A stretch of DNA of 63,292 bases, filler included, from an uncultured Gemmatimonadota bacterium (GCA_964576115.1; 4 parts of 4 records of this genome joined end to end with filler, not necessarily neighbours in it), one strand, 5' to 3'. Shown: positions 49,871 to 59,683, numbered from the whole stretch's first letter. Notes: generated by a model not told the origin, from the letters alone. Made by a program: numbers and translations.

Positions 49871-49917
49871 CAGTAATTTACTGTAAATAAGATACAGTTG
49901 CACAGCTTGAATGTCAA
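49871..49917 (-). promoter_or_regulatory. Sigma70 promoter with overlapping palindromes (probable AbiEi operator)
   Basis: Minus-strand TTGACA (49917-49912)-17 nt-TATCTT (49894-49889); IRs CAGTAA-T-TTACTG (49871-49883) and ACTGTA-N7-TACAGT (49880-49898). Confidence 0.7.
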
Positions 49918-50523
49918 ATTCCTGCTCAATCACATCCGTAGGTAAGCGACCTGAGGAACATACTCACCCGCAATCCTGGATAATCGCAGGTCACAGAATG
50001 AAAATTATGTTGTATATTTACAGCCGGAAGGTCTGGGAATAACAAATGCCATACAAAACAATGGATTACACCTTGGATTGCTTGGATATGCTGATGTTGG
50101 TCTAGTCTTTGAAGCGCCAAGTATTATTGGGGAATTCATTGTGGCTAATGATGCGGGGAAAATAGCGATCAGGAGTAAAATATCAAAAGCGGCAATATTG
50201 CTGGGTATAAGTGAGGACGAACCATATATCAGATTAATTGATAATAATGGAGCAATAATGGTAGAATATCCTTAGAAATGAAGTGTTTGTATATACGAAA
50301 TCCCGACTTCGGTTGACAGGTTGTATAGTGACGATAATTAACTGACACTCGCGTGCGATTTGAACTATCCGTGCAGAGGCTCTTTCAACACATCAACAAG
50401 TTAATTCGACCAGATACCTTGCGATAAGGGTCCAATACACCTGTTACCCAAAAGATTGATCCGATAGCTTGTAGATCAGTTCTGCTCGCTATGCAACTGT
50501 GCACCAAGAAGGTAGGAACTGCG

Positions 50524-51843
50524 ATGAAAGAGAAGGTCTCGAGACCTGCACGTCCGGCCCCGCTGGCCGGGCTGCTCGCCCTGATGGCCCTGCTCTCGAC
50601 CGGGGCCGTTGTTCCGGCACTGGTGGTTTTCTTTACGACCCCTGCGACAGCTTGGGCCCAGACCCCTTCCCGACCGGACGACCGCATCCTCACCGAGGCC
50701 TTGGTGCAGGGCATCGCGATGGGTATTCCGGGGCTCTCGGTCGCCATCGGAGCCGGTGACACTCTCGCCTGGCAGGGCACAGCCGGCTCGAGCGATCTGC
50801 GCCGGAATATATCCATCCGGCCCCGGGACCGCTTTGGAGTGGGAAGCATCACCAAGACCTTCGTGGCCCGGGTGATCCTCCAGCTGGTCGAGGAGGGGCG
50901 CCTCGACCTGGAGAAAACCCCGCTCGATTACCTGGATCAGGAGATCGTTGCCCGGATTCCCAATACCGACACGGCCACTCTGCGTCACCTGCTCAACCAC
51001 CAGAGCGGGATCCCCACCTGGGAGTTCCAGGCCGACTGGATCCGCCGCGGCCGGGGGGCGGAGATGGATCTGGATCATATCTGGGGCAAGACCGAAACCC
51101 TGCAGTACTGCACCCGCAACCTGCTCCCCGCCACGAATGCTCCGGGACAGAGGTATTCCTACTCCAACACCAATTACACCCTTCTCGGTCTGATCATCGA
51201 AGCGGTGACCGGCCGTGAGGCCTCGGTCGAAATCCGCCGACGGATACTGGAGCCGCTGGGGCTGCGTGACACTTTCCTGGAGTCTTTCGAAGACATTCCG
51301 GGCGGCTGTGTCGGCCACTACCACTACGCCACTCCGCGCTTTCAGGCCGTGGCCGGCATCCATCCCGATTTCGTCCGGATCGGGCCTTACCTGGTGGAAA
51401 GCTCGGCCGGCAATCTGTCGCCGGAATGGACCGCCGGGGGCATCGTCTCCTCGGCCGCCGATCTGGTCCGGTGGGCCCGGGCCATCCGCGACGGCGAACT
51501 GCTGGGACCGGCCATGCAGGCCGAGGTCGTCACCTGGTATCCGCCGGCCGAGGGCGCCGGCCGTCGCTCCCGGTACCTGCAGGGGATCTCCCGGCAGGAG
51601 GGTTTCCATGACGGGCTGGCCGCCTGGGGTCATTCAGGCGGCACCCTGGGTTTTACGGCCTACATGTACTGGCTGGAGGGCACCGACATCATCGTGGTGA
51701 TGCTGGCCAATGTGGGAGGCATGCACAGCGGCCTCTCACCGAGTCCGGTGAGCCTCTTCTTCCGTCAGGTGTGGCTGCCGGCGGTGATGCGCTGGATCGA
51801 GAACCGCCCCGGTCGTTCGGATGAGAACCGATCCTCCCCGTGA
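50524..51843 (+). CDS. Serine hydrolase (beta-lactamase / D-Ala-D-Ala carboxypeptidase family)
   Basis: SxxK 'GSITK', 'LLNHQSGI', YxN 'YSNTNY' and 'GHSGG'. Confidence 0.92.
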   Translation: MKEKVSRPARPAPLAGLLALMALLSTGAVVPALVVFFTTPATAWAQTPSRPDDRILTEALVQGIAMGIPGLSVAIGAGDTLAWQGTAGSSDLRRNISIRPRDRFGVGSITKTFVARVILQLVEEGRLDLEKTPLDYLDQEIVARIPNTDTATLRHLLNHQSGIPTWEFQADWIRRGRGAEMDLDHIWGKTETLQYCTRNLLPATNAPGQRYSYSNTNYTLLGLIIEAVTGREASVEIRRRILEPLGLRDTFLESFEDIPGGCVGHYHYATPRFQAVAGIHPDFVRIGPYLVESSAGNLSPEWTAGGIVSSAADLVRWARAIRDGELLGPAMQAEVVTWYPPAEGAGRRSRYLQGISRQEGFHDGLAAWGHSGGTLGFTAYMYWLEGTDIIVVMLANVGGMHSGLSPSPVSLFFRQVWLPAVMRWIENRPGRSDENRSSP

Positions 51844-51909
51844 CCCCGGCGCGGTTTGTGCGTAGAGTATGACTCCCGACGATGAAGCCTGTCCCATGCC
51901 CCATTCCTG

Positions 51910-54426
51910 ATGGAGAGGGAGATGACGACCGTCTCGGTCATATCCGAGCGCAGGAGGTTCTTTCACCCGACGTCATACCCGTCTGCGCGCTGGTATGCAA
52001 TCGGGCTGGGCCTGGTGCTCCTCGCCGGCTGCGGGCGGGGCACGCGGCATGCCGAGCTGGCCGGCGGCACCCTCGGAATCGCCCTGAACGGACGGGGTGA
52101 GATCCGCCGCCTGATCGATCTCGACACCGGTTCCCGCTACACCCCGTCCGGGATCTCTTCACCCCTGCTCTCGGTCCGGATCGATTCGGTGCTCATCTCC
52201 CCCCGCTCGTCCCGCTGGCAGAGGCGCCGGGGCCTGCTAACCCTGCACTATCCCGGCGGGGTGACGGCCACGGTCGGGGTCGAGATGAAGGCCACCCACC
52301 TGACCATCGAACTGCTCGCCATCACACCCGACGACGATGTCGAGCTCGTCGTCTGGGGACCGTACGCAACCACCATCAACAGCGTGATCGGGGAGACGGT
52401 GGGGGTCGTGCGCGACTCGGTCTTCGCGATCGGATTGCAGGCTCTGAATCCGAAAACCCTCGGCGGCTACCCCTGGCACGAGAACGACTGCATGCCGCAG
52501 CTCGACATCTTCGAGGCTGATGATTACTCCGATCTGAGCGAGGAGGGCAAACGGTACGTCCTCTATCGCGTCGAAGCCGCCAAGCCGGAGGATTTCGGTT
52601 CGACCCTGCAGGCCTACTGCCGCAACCGGCGCCGGGCGCGGATGGTTCAGAACTGGAACCACGACCGCTATGTCGCACCGCCCTTCGAGGACGGGGGTGT
52701 GACGGGATCGAAAATCGCACTCTTCGGCTCCTCGGCCGACCGGGCCCTGGAGACGATCGGCGCCATCGAGGTGGCCGAGGGTCTGCCCCATCCGATAATC
52801 GACGGCGAGTGGGGCAAGACCGCGCCGGGGGCGTCGGCCGCCTATCTGATTCTGAACTTCGGCGAGGCGGATATCGACCGGGCCCTGGCCTGGACTCGTC
52901 AGGCCGGCCTGCGCTTCCTCTATCACGGCGGACCTTTCCGCACCTGGGGGCACTTCGAGCTCAACGAGCAGTTCCCGAACGGGCGGGCGGGTCTGCGGGC
53001 CTGTGTCGAGCGGGCCGGGGCGGCCGGGATCATGCTCGGGGTGCACACCCTGTCCAATTTCATCACTACCAACGATGCCTATGTCACCCCCGAGCCCGAT
53101 TCCCGGTTGGCCAAGGTCGGATCGAGCACCTTGACCGCCTCGATCGACCCTGAGGACACCGAGATCGGTCTCGCCGATCCCGGCTTCTTCAACCAGTTCC
53201 GCAACAACCACCTGCGCGCGGTCGTGATCGGTTCCGAACTCATCACGTACACAGGGGTTTCCGAACAGGCGCCCTGGCGCTTGCTCGGCTGTGAGAGGGG
53301 CGCTTTCGGCACCCGGGCCGCAGCTCACGGCGCCGGGGATGAGATAGCTAAACTGGCCGATCACGGCTATCGGGTCTTCCTGACCGACGCCGACTTGGGG
53401 CGGGAGGTGGCCGGGCGGATCGCGCAGTTGTTCAACGAAACCGGCCTGCGTCAGATCAGCTTCGACGGTCTGGAGGGCAACCGCTCGACCGGGATGGGCA
53501 ACTACGGCGAGGTTCTCTTCACCACCACCTGGTTTGACAACCTCTCCCCGGAGATCCACCGCCACTACATCGCCGATGCCAGCCGCACTTCTCACTATTT
53601 CTGGCACATCTACTCCCGCATGAACTGGGGTGAGCCGTGGTACGCCGGCTTCCGCGAAAGCCAGACCGAATACCGCCTGAAGAATCAGGCCTATTTCAGG
53701 CGCAACCTCATGCCGGGCATGCTGGGCTGGTTTCAGATGCGCCCAGGCACCACCCTGGCCGACGTGGAGTGGATGCTGGCCCGCTCGGCTGCCTTCGACG
53801 CCGGCTACTCTTTCGTGACCTCGTACGAGACCCTCGAGACCAACGGCAACACCGACGCGATCCTGGACGCCATCGGGCGCTGGGAGCGGGCCCGAATGGC
53901 CGGGGTATTTTCTGCTGATCAGAAACGCCGCATGGAGGATGTGGCGGCCGAGTTCCATCTCGAGGACGCGGAGGGGGGGAACTGGCTGCTCACTCCGGTC
54001 GCAGCGCAGATCTTCCGCCACGCCCGGCCCCAGGGCCCGCCGGGCGAGCCGACCACCTCGACCTTCACCTTCACCGTTCCCGCTCCCGGACAGATCCTGC
54101 CCTGGATCATGACGGCCGTTGACGGCGAGATAGCCATGACTGTCCTGCAGCTCGACCACCGCGATCCGGTCCGGTTGTCGGTCCGTCTGCCCGCCGGCTG
54201 GTCGCTACGCTATGAGGGGGGGACGAGGGCGATTCTCTTCGATCCCACCTGGCATCCCCGGCGGTCGGTCGTGGTGGATCCGGCTGACTGGCGGGTCGAA
54301 CCGGGTGAACACGCGTTCCTCGTCGACTGTATGTGGGGTCACGGAGACGAGGAGATGCACCTGCGCCTCGAAGTGCGACCGACCGGTGTCCCCGAACCGG
54401 TTCCGGCCGTGGGAGGCGGGCGGTGA
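51910..54426 (+). CDS. Large uncharacterised lipoprotein, possible glycoside-hydrolase-like TIM barrel
   Basis: Lipobox 'LAGC'; 'TWGHF', 'GVHTLSNFI' and 'ISFDGLEG'; long ORF with host-like codon usage. Confidence 0.6.
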   Translation: MEREMTTVSVISERRRFFHPTSYPSARWYAIGLGLVLLAGCGRGTRHAELAGGTLGIALNGRGEIRRLIDLDTGSRYTPSGISSPLLSVRIDSVLISPRSSRWQRRRGLLTLHYPGGVTATVGVEMKATHLTIELLAITPDDDVELVVWGPYATTINSVIGETVGVVRDSVFAIGLQALNPKTLGGYPWHENDCMPQLDIFEADDYSDLSEEGKRYVLYRVEAAKPEDFGSTLQAYCRNRRRARMVQNWNHDRYVAPPFEDGGVTGSKIALFGSSADRALETIGAIEVAEGLPHPIIDGEWGKTAPGASAAYLILNFGEADIDRALAWTRQAGLRFLYHGGPFRTWGHFELNEQFPNGRAGLRACVERAGAAGIMLGVHTLSNFITTNDAYVTPEPDSRLAKVGSSTLTASIDPEDTEIGLADPGFFNQFRNNHLRAVVIGSELITYTGVSEQAPWRLLGCERGAFGTRAAAHGAGDEIAKLADHGYRVFLTDADLGREVAGRIAQLFNETGLRQISFDGLEGNRSTGMGNYGEVLFTTTWFDNLSPEIHRHYIADASRTSHYFWHIYSRMNWGEPWYAGFRESQTEYRLKNQAYFRRNLMPGMLGWFQMRPGTTLADVEWMLARSAAFDAGYSFVTSYETLETNGNTDAILDAIGRWERARMAGVFSADQKRRMEDVAAEFHLEDAEGGNWLLTPVAAQIFRHARPQGPPGEPTTSTFTFTVPAPGQILPWIMTAVDGEIAMTVLQLDHRDPVRLSVRLPAGWSLRYEGGTRAILFDPTWHPRRSVVVDPADWRVEPGEHAFLVDCMWGHGDEEMHLRLEVRPTGVPEPVPAVGGGR

Positions 54427-55436
54427 TGTCGCCTCGCGAACAGAACACACGGGAGACCGGGGGGCCGGGGCCCTGGGGTTCGGGGCCGATCCTCTCCGCC
54501 CTGTTCCTGGCGGGGCTGCTCGTCGTGCCCCAGGAGGTCGGGGCCCCCCCCGACTTCCCGATCACGATCGACCAGCGTCCGGCCGTGGTTTCACCCCGGG
54601 AAAGCGCTGAAGGCAAAGAACTCATCGTCCTCAAAGTGCGCGACCGGGGCTGGTGTCAGGTCGAGGTGACGGTCGTCAACGACCGGCCTTACGACGTACT
54701 CGACCGGGTCCGGGGCCGGGGCGCGCAGCGGGAAGTGGACGGCGAGGACTTCCCGACCCTGGCCGCCACCGGCCTGCATTCCGATACCGAATTGGCGGCC
54801 GCCCGCACCGTGACCGGCCGTCCGGTGGAGGAAATCACCCGTATCGGCCGCCCGGGGGAGTACTCCGGGGCGGGTTTCATGGCCGAAAGCGAAGATCTCA
54901 TCACCGTTCTGCGGGCCGACAACCGTATCGTCACCCGGCTCGGGCTGACCCACCCGCAGCTGGCCGCGCCCCTGTTCCACATCTGGAACCTGCACCTGCG
55001 CCGGGCCGATCACGCTGATTCCACCCGTCAGTGGCTCGAGATCGAACAGGTACTCTATAACGGCGGCTCCGTTCAGCCAGATGTGCAGGGCACCCGGGGC
55101 TTTCAGGAGTCGATCTTCGACGACGGCATCAGGGGCAGTCACAACCTGACCCTCTTCCGCGATCCGACCGATGAGGAAATTGCCTGGCTCGAGGAGCACT
55201 ACGGTCACCTGGGGCGCGAACGAATCAACGAGATGATCGTGAAACTGGGGCGGATCGAAACCGGGGAGATGGTGCCTTTCTACATCATGCGCTACGGTTT
55301 TTATGAGGGGCACACCGCCTATCGGGCCGATCCGATCGCGATTGCCTTCATCTTCGGTCTGCGCACTCTCGATGAGATCCAGGACACCCTCGACGAAGAC
55401 CTCTATACACTTCTCACAACCCCCTTCAAACCGTAG
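54426..55436 (+). CDS. Hypothetical exported protein
   Basis: TGATG coupling to the upstream gene; hydrophobic leader; 'LGLTHPQLA', 'GFQESIF' and 'YGFYEGHTAYRADP'. Confidence 0.7.
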   Translation: MSPREQNTRETGGPGPWGSGPILSALFLAGLLVVPQEVGAPPDFPITIDQRPAVVSPRESAEGKELIVLKVRDRGWCQVEVTVVNDRPYDVLDRVRGRGAQREVDGEDFPTLAATGLHSDTELAAARTVTGRPVEEITRIGRPGEYSGAGFMAESEDLITVLRADNRIVTRLGLTHPQLAAPLFHIWNLHLRRADHADSTRQWLEIEQVLYNGGSVQPDVQGTRGFQESIFDDGIRGSHNLTLFRDPTDEEIAWLEEHYGHLGRERINEMIVKLGRIETGEMVPFYIMRYGFYEGHTAYRADPIAIAFIFGLRTLDEIQDTLDEDLYTLLTTPFKP

Positions 55437-55570
55437 TATCGTTCGGGAGTGAAACCCGGTTGCGCAAACCTGCGTAATACTACATAAGTATATTACATAA
55501 GTTGCTTAGGTGGTTTGGGTCCGATGCCCTCGAGAGGTTTCGGATCCGATCCTTCGATCCGAGGTGGAAC

Positions 55571-55921
55571 ATGGCCGGCATCAACGTCAGACGACTCTAC
55601 GGCACTCTCGATCTGCTCATCCTCAAGACCCTCAATGTCGGCGGCCCGCAGCATGGAGCGGCGATCGCCGATGCCATTCTGGCTGCCTCGGGGGGGACGA
55701 TCCAGATCGAAGAAGGTGCCCTGTACCCCGCCCTGCACCGCCTGCAGCACGGCGGTCTGATCGAGGGTGAGTGGCGGACCTCGACCAAGAAGTACCGGGC
55801 CAAGTTCTACACCCTGACGCCGAAGGGGAAAAACGAACTCATCCGGGCCTTGAAGGAATGGCGCGATCACACCGAGGCTCTCGGACGGGTCTTCGAGATC
55901 GGCTGGGAGGGTGTCTCGTGA
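55571..55921 (+). CDS. PadR-family regulator (Acidobacterial type)
   Basis: 'GTLDLLILKTL', 'EEGALYPALHRL' and 'RAKFYTLT.KG'; GAGG upstream of ATG 55571. Confidence 0.93.
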   Translation: MAGINVRRLYGTLDLLILKTLNVGGPQHGAAIADAILAASGGTIQIEEGALYPALHRLQHGGLIEGEWRTSTKKYRAKFYTLTPKGKNELIRALKEWRDHTEALGRVFEIGWEGVS

Positions 55922-58689
55922 ACCGACCTGACGATACCCGCCAGCCCGACGATATACGCCAGTCCGACGATGCCCGCCGGTCCGACGACTCCCGGCGCAT
56001 CTTCCGGCGCGAGGACACCCCCGCCCAGGTCGACCGGAATGTCGCCGAAGAGATCGAATTCCACCTGGCCTGGCGCAAAGAGCAGCTCATGGCGCGGGGC
56101 CTGAGCGAAGCCGAGGCCGAGCGTGAAGCCCGGCGGCGCTTCGGCGATGCCGATGACGTCGGCGGGCAGCTCCGGCGCAGCGGCCGGCGCGCCGTGCGTC
56201 GCCGGCACACAGGTGAGGCCCTGGCCGATCTGGGGCGCGATATCGCCACCGCCGGCCGACGGCTGCTGCGCGCGCCCGGTTTCACCGCCGCCGTGATCCT
56301 CTCCCTGGCCCTGGGGATCGGTCTGAACGCGACCATATTCAGCTTCGTCAACGCGATCCTGCTGAGGCCCCTGCCGGTGTCCGATTCCGATCGCCTCTGC
56401 TCGGTTCACACCGAGAACCGGGGAGCGGTCGCCTCGGTCTCTCTGGGACAGGTCTCCTGGCCCGACTATCGCGACCTGAAGGAAATGAACACCTGCTTCA
56501 CCTCACTGGCCGCTCACGCTTACTCCCCGGTCGCCCTGACGACCGACGCGACAGCAGAACCGGGTGCCGGGGTGCTCCTGGCCCAGATGATTTCGGACGA
56601 TTTCTTCGCCACCCTGGGAATCGAGATGGCCCTCGGGCGGGACTTCCTGCCCGCCGAGAACGTCACCCCCGGCATGAATCCGGTCGCGATCATGAGTTAT
56701 GACCTCTGGCAGGACCGGTTCGACGGCGCCCCCGATGTGATCGGACGCACCATCCACCTCAACGGCCGTCCCTTTACGGTGGTGGGTGTGGTGCCGGAAG
56801 AGTTCACTGGTTTGAGCGTGCTGCTGCAGCCGGCCCTGTGGACCCCGCTCATGATGGTGGGCGAGATTTTTCCCTACCGGGTGAATTTCGAGGGTCGGGT
56901 CGATCCCTGGCTCTCACTGATCGGTCGGCTCAGTGACGGGACAACCCCCGGGCAGGCTCAGGTCGAACTCGATCGGGTCGGCGCCGTCCTGGCCGAAACC
57001 TGGCCCGACCTGAATACCCACAAACGCTTCATCGCCCTGCCGGCCGAACGTACCCGTCTCAACCACATCCAGACGACCGATCGGGCCGCACAGCTCAGCG
57101 GTCTGCTGATGGCGATGGTCATCCTGGTGCTCGGGATAGCCGCCTTCAACGCCGCCAACCTGCATCTGGCCGACGCCGTCCGGCGGCGGACCGAGATGGC
57201 GGTGCGCTCCTCCCTCGGCGCCACCCGCGGCCGGGTCGTCCGCAACCTGCTCCTAGAGAGTTTCCTGCCGGCCCTGGCGGCCGGCTGCCTCGGGCTCCTC
57301 TTCGCTCTCTGGGCCTCCCGGGTCCTCTGGTCGCTGCAGCCCCCGATTGAGGTGCCGCTCGCAATCGACCTGGCTCCCGATGTCCGCATCGTCGGTTTCA
57401 CCCTCCTGCTGACGATCACGGCGGGTCTTGTCTTCGGTCTGGCGCCGGCCCTGACCGTTTTCGGTCGCCGTTCTTTCGACCGGCTCCGGGTCCAGACCTC
57501 CCCCCTGGCCCGCACCCGGGGCACCGCCCGTCTGCAGCGGGTTCTGGTGGCCGGCCAGGTCGCGGTCTCGCTTCTGCTCCTCTCGGTCACCGGGCTCTTC
57601 GCCCGGAGCCTGCAGAACACCCTGGCGGTGGAATCGGGGTTTGAGCTCGAACGCGGACTCGTCCTGGAGGTGAACCTGGGTCTGGGCGAGTATTCCGAAT
57701 CAACCGGCCGGGCGTATTACCGGGATATCGAGGAGGGGTTGACGGCTATCCCCGGTGTGAGAGGGGTGGCGGTGGCCGCCGCCCTGCCGCTGGGGCAGTC
57801 GCACGGCCATCACCATGTCGCCATCGAAGGCTACGAGCAGGGTCCTGACGAATACATGGTCTTCAAACGGAACATGATCAGCGGCGGCTACCTCGAGACG
57901 ATGGGAATCGAGGTCGTCTCGGGGCGGGGGATCGACGAACGCGACCGGGCCGACACCCTGCCGGTGGCGGTCGTCAACGAGACCATGGCCGGGCGCTACT
58001 GGGCCGACGGCGATCCGGTCGGGCGTACGATCCGGGCCGATCTCGGGGTGGCCCGCACGGTCGTGGGGGTGATCGCCGACGGGAAATATTCGACCCTGAA
58101 TGACGATCCCGAACCCTACCTCTGCATTCCCCTGAGTCAGGCTCCCTGGGTGCAGCGGCGCTTCGCGGTCGCGGCTGTCGAGGGCGACCCCGCCGCCGTC
58201 GCCGACCGGGTGCAGGCTGTGACGGCCGACCTCGATCCCGCCCTGCCGGTGCCGATAACGACCCTGTCCGAGTACCTCTCGCTCTCAACCGGCGCTCAGG
58301 CCTTCCCGCTCTACATGATCGGCTCCTTCACCCTGCTGGCTCTCGTGCTGACCCTGATCGGCATATACGGTGTGTCGGCCCGCACGGTCAGCCAGCGCAC
58401 CCGGGAGTTCGGCCTGCGTGCCGCCCTGGGAGCGGGGCACGGGATGATCGTGCGTGAGGTTCTCCGGCAGGGACTGCGGACGACCCTGGCCGGTCTCGTT
58501 CTCGGGATCGCGGCTTCGATCGCAGCCGGACAGATCCTGCAGGCCTCCCTGTTCGGGGTCACCGGTCTCGATCCGGTCCTGCTCGTCCTCCTGCCCCTGG
58601 CGATCCTGCTGCTGACCGGGCTGGCCGCGGTGATCCCGGCCCGCTGGGCCGTCCGGGTCGATCCGGTCGACGCCCTGAGGGTGGAGTAG
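55918..58689 (+). CDS. ADOP-type ABC permease with prefix domain
   Basis: GTGA overlap with PadR; 'EEIEFHL...G.SEAEAEREARRRFGD'; duplicated MacB/FtsX architecture. Confidence 0.92.
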   Translation: MNRPDDTRQPDDIRQSDDARRSDDSRRIFRREDTPAQVDRNVAEEIEFHLAWRKEQLMARGLSEAEAEREARRRFGDADDVGGQLRRSGRRAVRRRHTGEALADLGRDIATAGRRLLRAPGFTAAVILSLALGIGLNATIFSFVNAILLRPLPVSDSDRLCSVHTENRGAVASVSLGQVSWPDYRDLKEMNTCFTSLAAHAYSPVALTTDATAEPGAGVLLAQMISDDFFATLGIEMALGRDFLPAENVTPGMNPVAIMSYDLWQDRFDGAPDVIGRTIHLNGRPFTVVGVVPEEFTGLSVLLQPALWTPLMMVGEIFPYRVNFEGRVDPWLSLIGRLSDGTTPGQAQVELDRVGAVLAETWPDLNTHKRFIALPAERTRLNHIQTTDRAAQLSGLLMAMVILVLGIAAFNAANLHLADAVRRRTEMAVRSSLGATRGRVVRNLLLESFLPALAAGCLGLLFALWASRVLWSLQPPIEVPLAIDLAPDVRIVGFTLLLTITAGLVFGLAPALTVFGRRSFDRLRVQTSPLARTRGTARLQRVLVAGQVAVSLLLLSVTGLFARSLQNTLAVESGFELERGLVLEVNLGLGEYSESTGRAYYRDIEEGLTAIPGVRGVAVAAALPLGQSHGHHHVAIEGYEQGPDEYMVFKRNMISGGYLETMGIEVVSGRGIDERDRADTLPVAVVNETMAGRYWADGDPVGRTIRADLGVARTVVGVIADGKYSTLNDDPEPYLCIPLSQAPWVQRRFAVAAVEGDPAAVADRVQAVTADLDPALPVPITTLSEYLSLSTGAQAFPLYMIGSFTLLALVLTLIGIYGVSARTVSQRTREFGLRAALGAGHGMIVREVLRQGLRTTLAGLVLGIAASIAAGQILQASLFGVTGLDPVLLVLLPLAILLLTGLAAVIPARWAVRVDPVDALRVE
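55927..55998 (+). repeat. Four imperfect 18-nt coding tandem repeats
   Basis: Encode PDDTRQ-PDDIRQ-SDDARR-SDDSRR. Confidence 0.8.
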
Positions 58690-58735
58690 GGGGTCGGTTC
58701 CGGGTTACACTTGGGCTGGAGAGCAGAGGCCGGAG

Positions 58736-59242
58736 ATGACTGAGAAGACACCGGACGAAGAAGTGACATTCACCCCGATCGGGATCATCCATTCCCCTTT
58801 TTCGGAACCGCACGGCACCCCGATCCAGCCCACCGGCGGCCGGGGTGTGGAGGGAACGGTCGAGATCTATCCGGAGTTCGCCGCAGGTCTGAAAGATCTC
58901 GATGGTTTCTCGCACCTCATTCTCCTCTTTCACTTCCATCTTTCCTCTTCGGGCGAGCTGCAATGTGTGCCCTATATGGACGACACCCGGCGGGGGGTCT
59001 TCGCGACCCGCTCGCCGCGCCGGCCCAATCCGATCGGCCTCTCGGTGGTGCGCCTGATCAGTATCGAGGACACCATTCTGCACGTGCGTGATCTGGATAT
59101 CGTCGACGGCACTCCCCTGCTCGATATCAAACCCTACGTGCCGCCTTTCGACGAGCAGGAAGAGGTGCGGATCGGCTGGCTGGCGAGCCGGGCCGACCTG
59201 GTCGACCGGACCCGCGACGACGGGCGGTTCGCCCGGCAGTGA
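58736..59242 (+). CDS. trmO: tRNA (m6t6A37) methyltransferase TrmO/TsaA family
   Basis: 'PIGIIHSPF', 'GLKDLDGFSH', 'GVFATRSPRRPNPIGLS' and 'DGTPLLDIKPY'. Confidence 0.92.
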   Translation: MTEKTPDEEVTFTPIGIIHSPFSEPHGTPIQPTGGRGVEGTVEIYPEFAAGLKDLDGFSHLILLFHFHLSSSGELQCVPYMDDTRRGVFATRSPRRPNPIGLSVVRLISIEDTILHVRDLDIVDGTPLLDIKPYVPPFDEQEEVRIGWLASRADLVDRTRDDGRFARQ

Positions 59243-59314
59243 TTGGATTCGTGCGATAGCCGCGGTCCGATTTTGCGTATCAGAAGTGTCCCCTGCACGC
59301 AAAGGAGCGACGGC

Positions 59315-59683
59315 GTGTCTCTTCTGGGCAACATCATCTGGCTCGTCTTCGGCGGCCTCTTCACCGGTCTGGGGTACATCATCGGCGGCGGGCTGCTCTG
59401 CCTGACCGTCATCGGGATCCCCTTCGGGCTGCAGAGCATCAAGCTGGGGATCGCCAACTTTACTCCCTTCGGTCGGGAACTCGTCACCCTGCCGCACGGG
59501 AACAGTCCCCTGCGGCTGATCTTCAACCTCATCTGGATCGTTCTCTTCGGCTGGGAGATCGCTCTGCTGCACATCTTCCACGCCTTCATCCTGACCCTGA
59601 CCGTGGTCGGGATCCCCTTTGCCGTGCAGCATCTCAAACTGCTGCCCATGGCCGCCTTCCCCTTCGGCCGCGACCTGCGCTGA
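59315..59683 (+). CDS. YccF-domain membrane protein
   Basis: Two 'NIIWLVFGG...TVIGIPFG.Q..K...PFG' repeats; GTG 59315 after AAGGAG. Confidence 0.88.
   Translation: MSLLGNIIWLVFGGLFTGLGYIIGGGLLCLTVIGIPFGLQSIKLGIANFTPFGRELVTLPHGNSPLRLIFNLIWIVLFGWEIALLHIFHAFILTLTVVGIPFAVQHLKLLPMAAFPFGRDLR

Noticed and set aside
50313..50338. TTGACA...GATAAT sigma70 promoter
   Set aside because: The spacer is only 14 nt.
55478..55505. dif/Xer-like site (CATAAGTATATTACAT)
   Set aside because: Spacer length and the XerD arm do not match TTATGTTAAAT; better described as a direct repeat.
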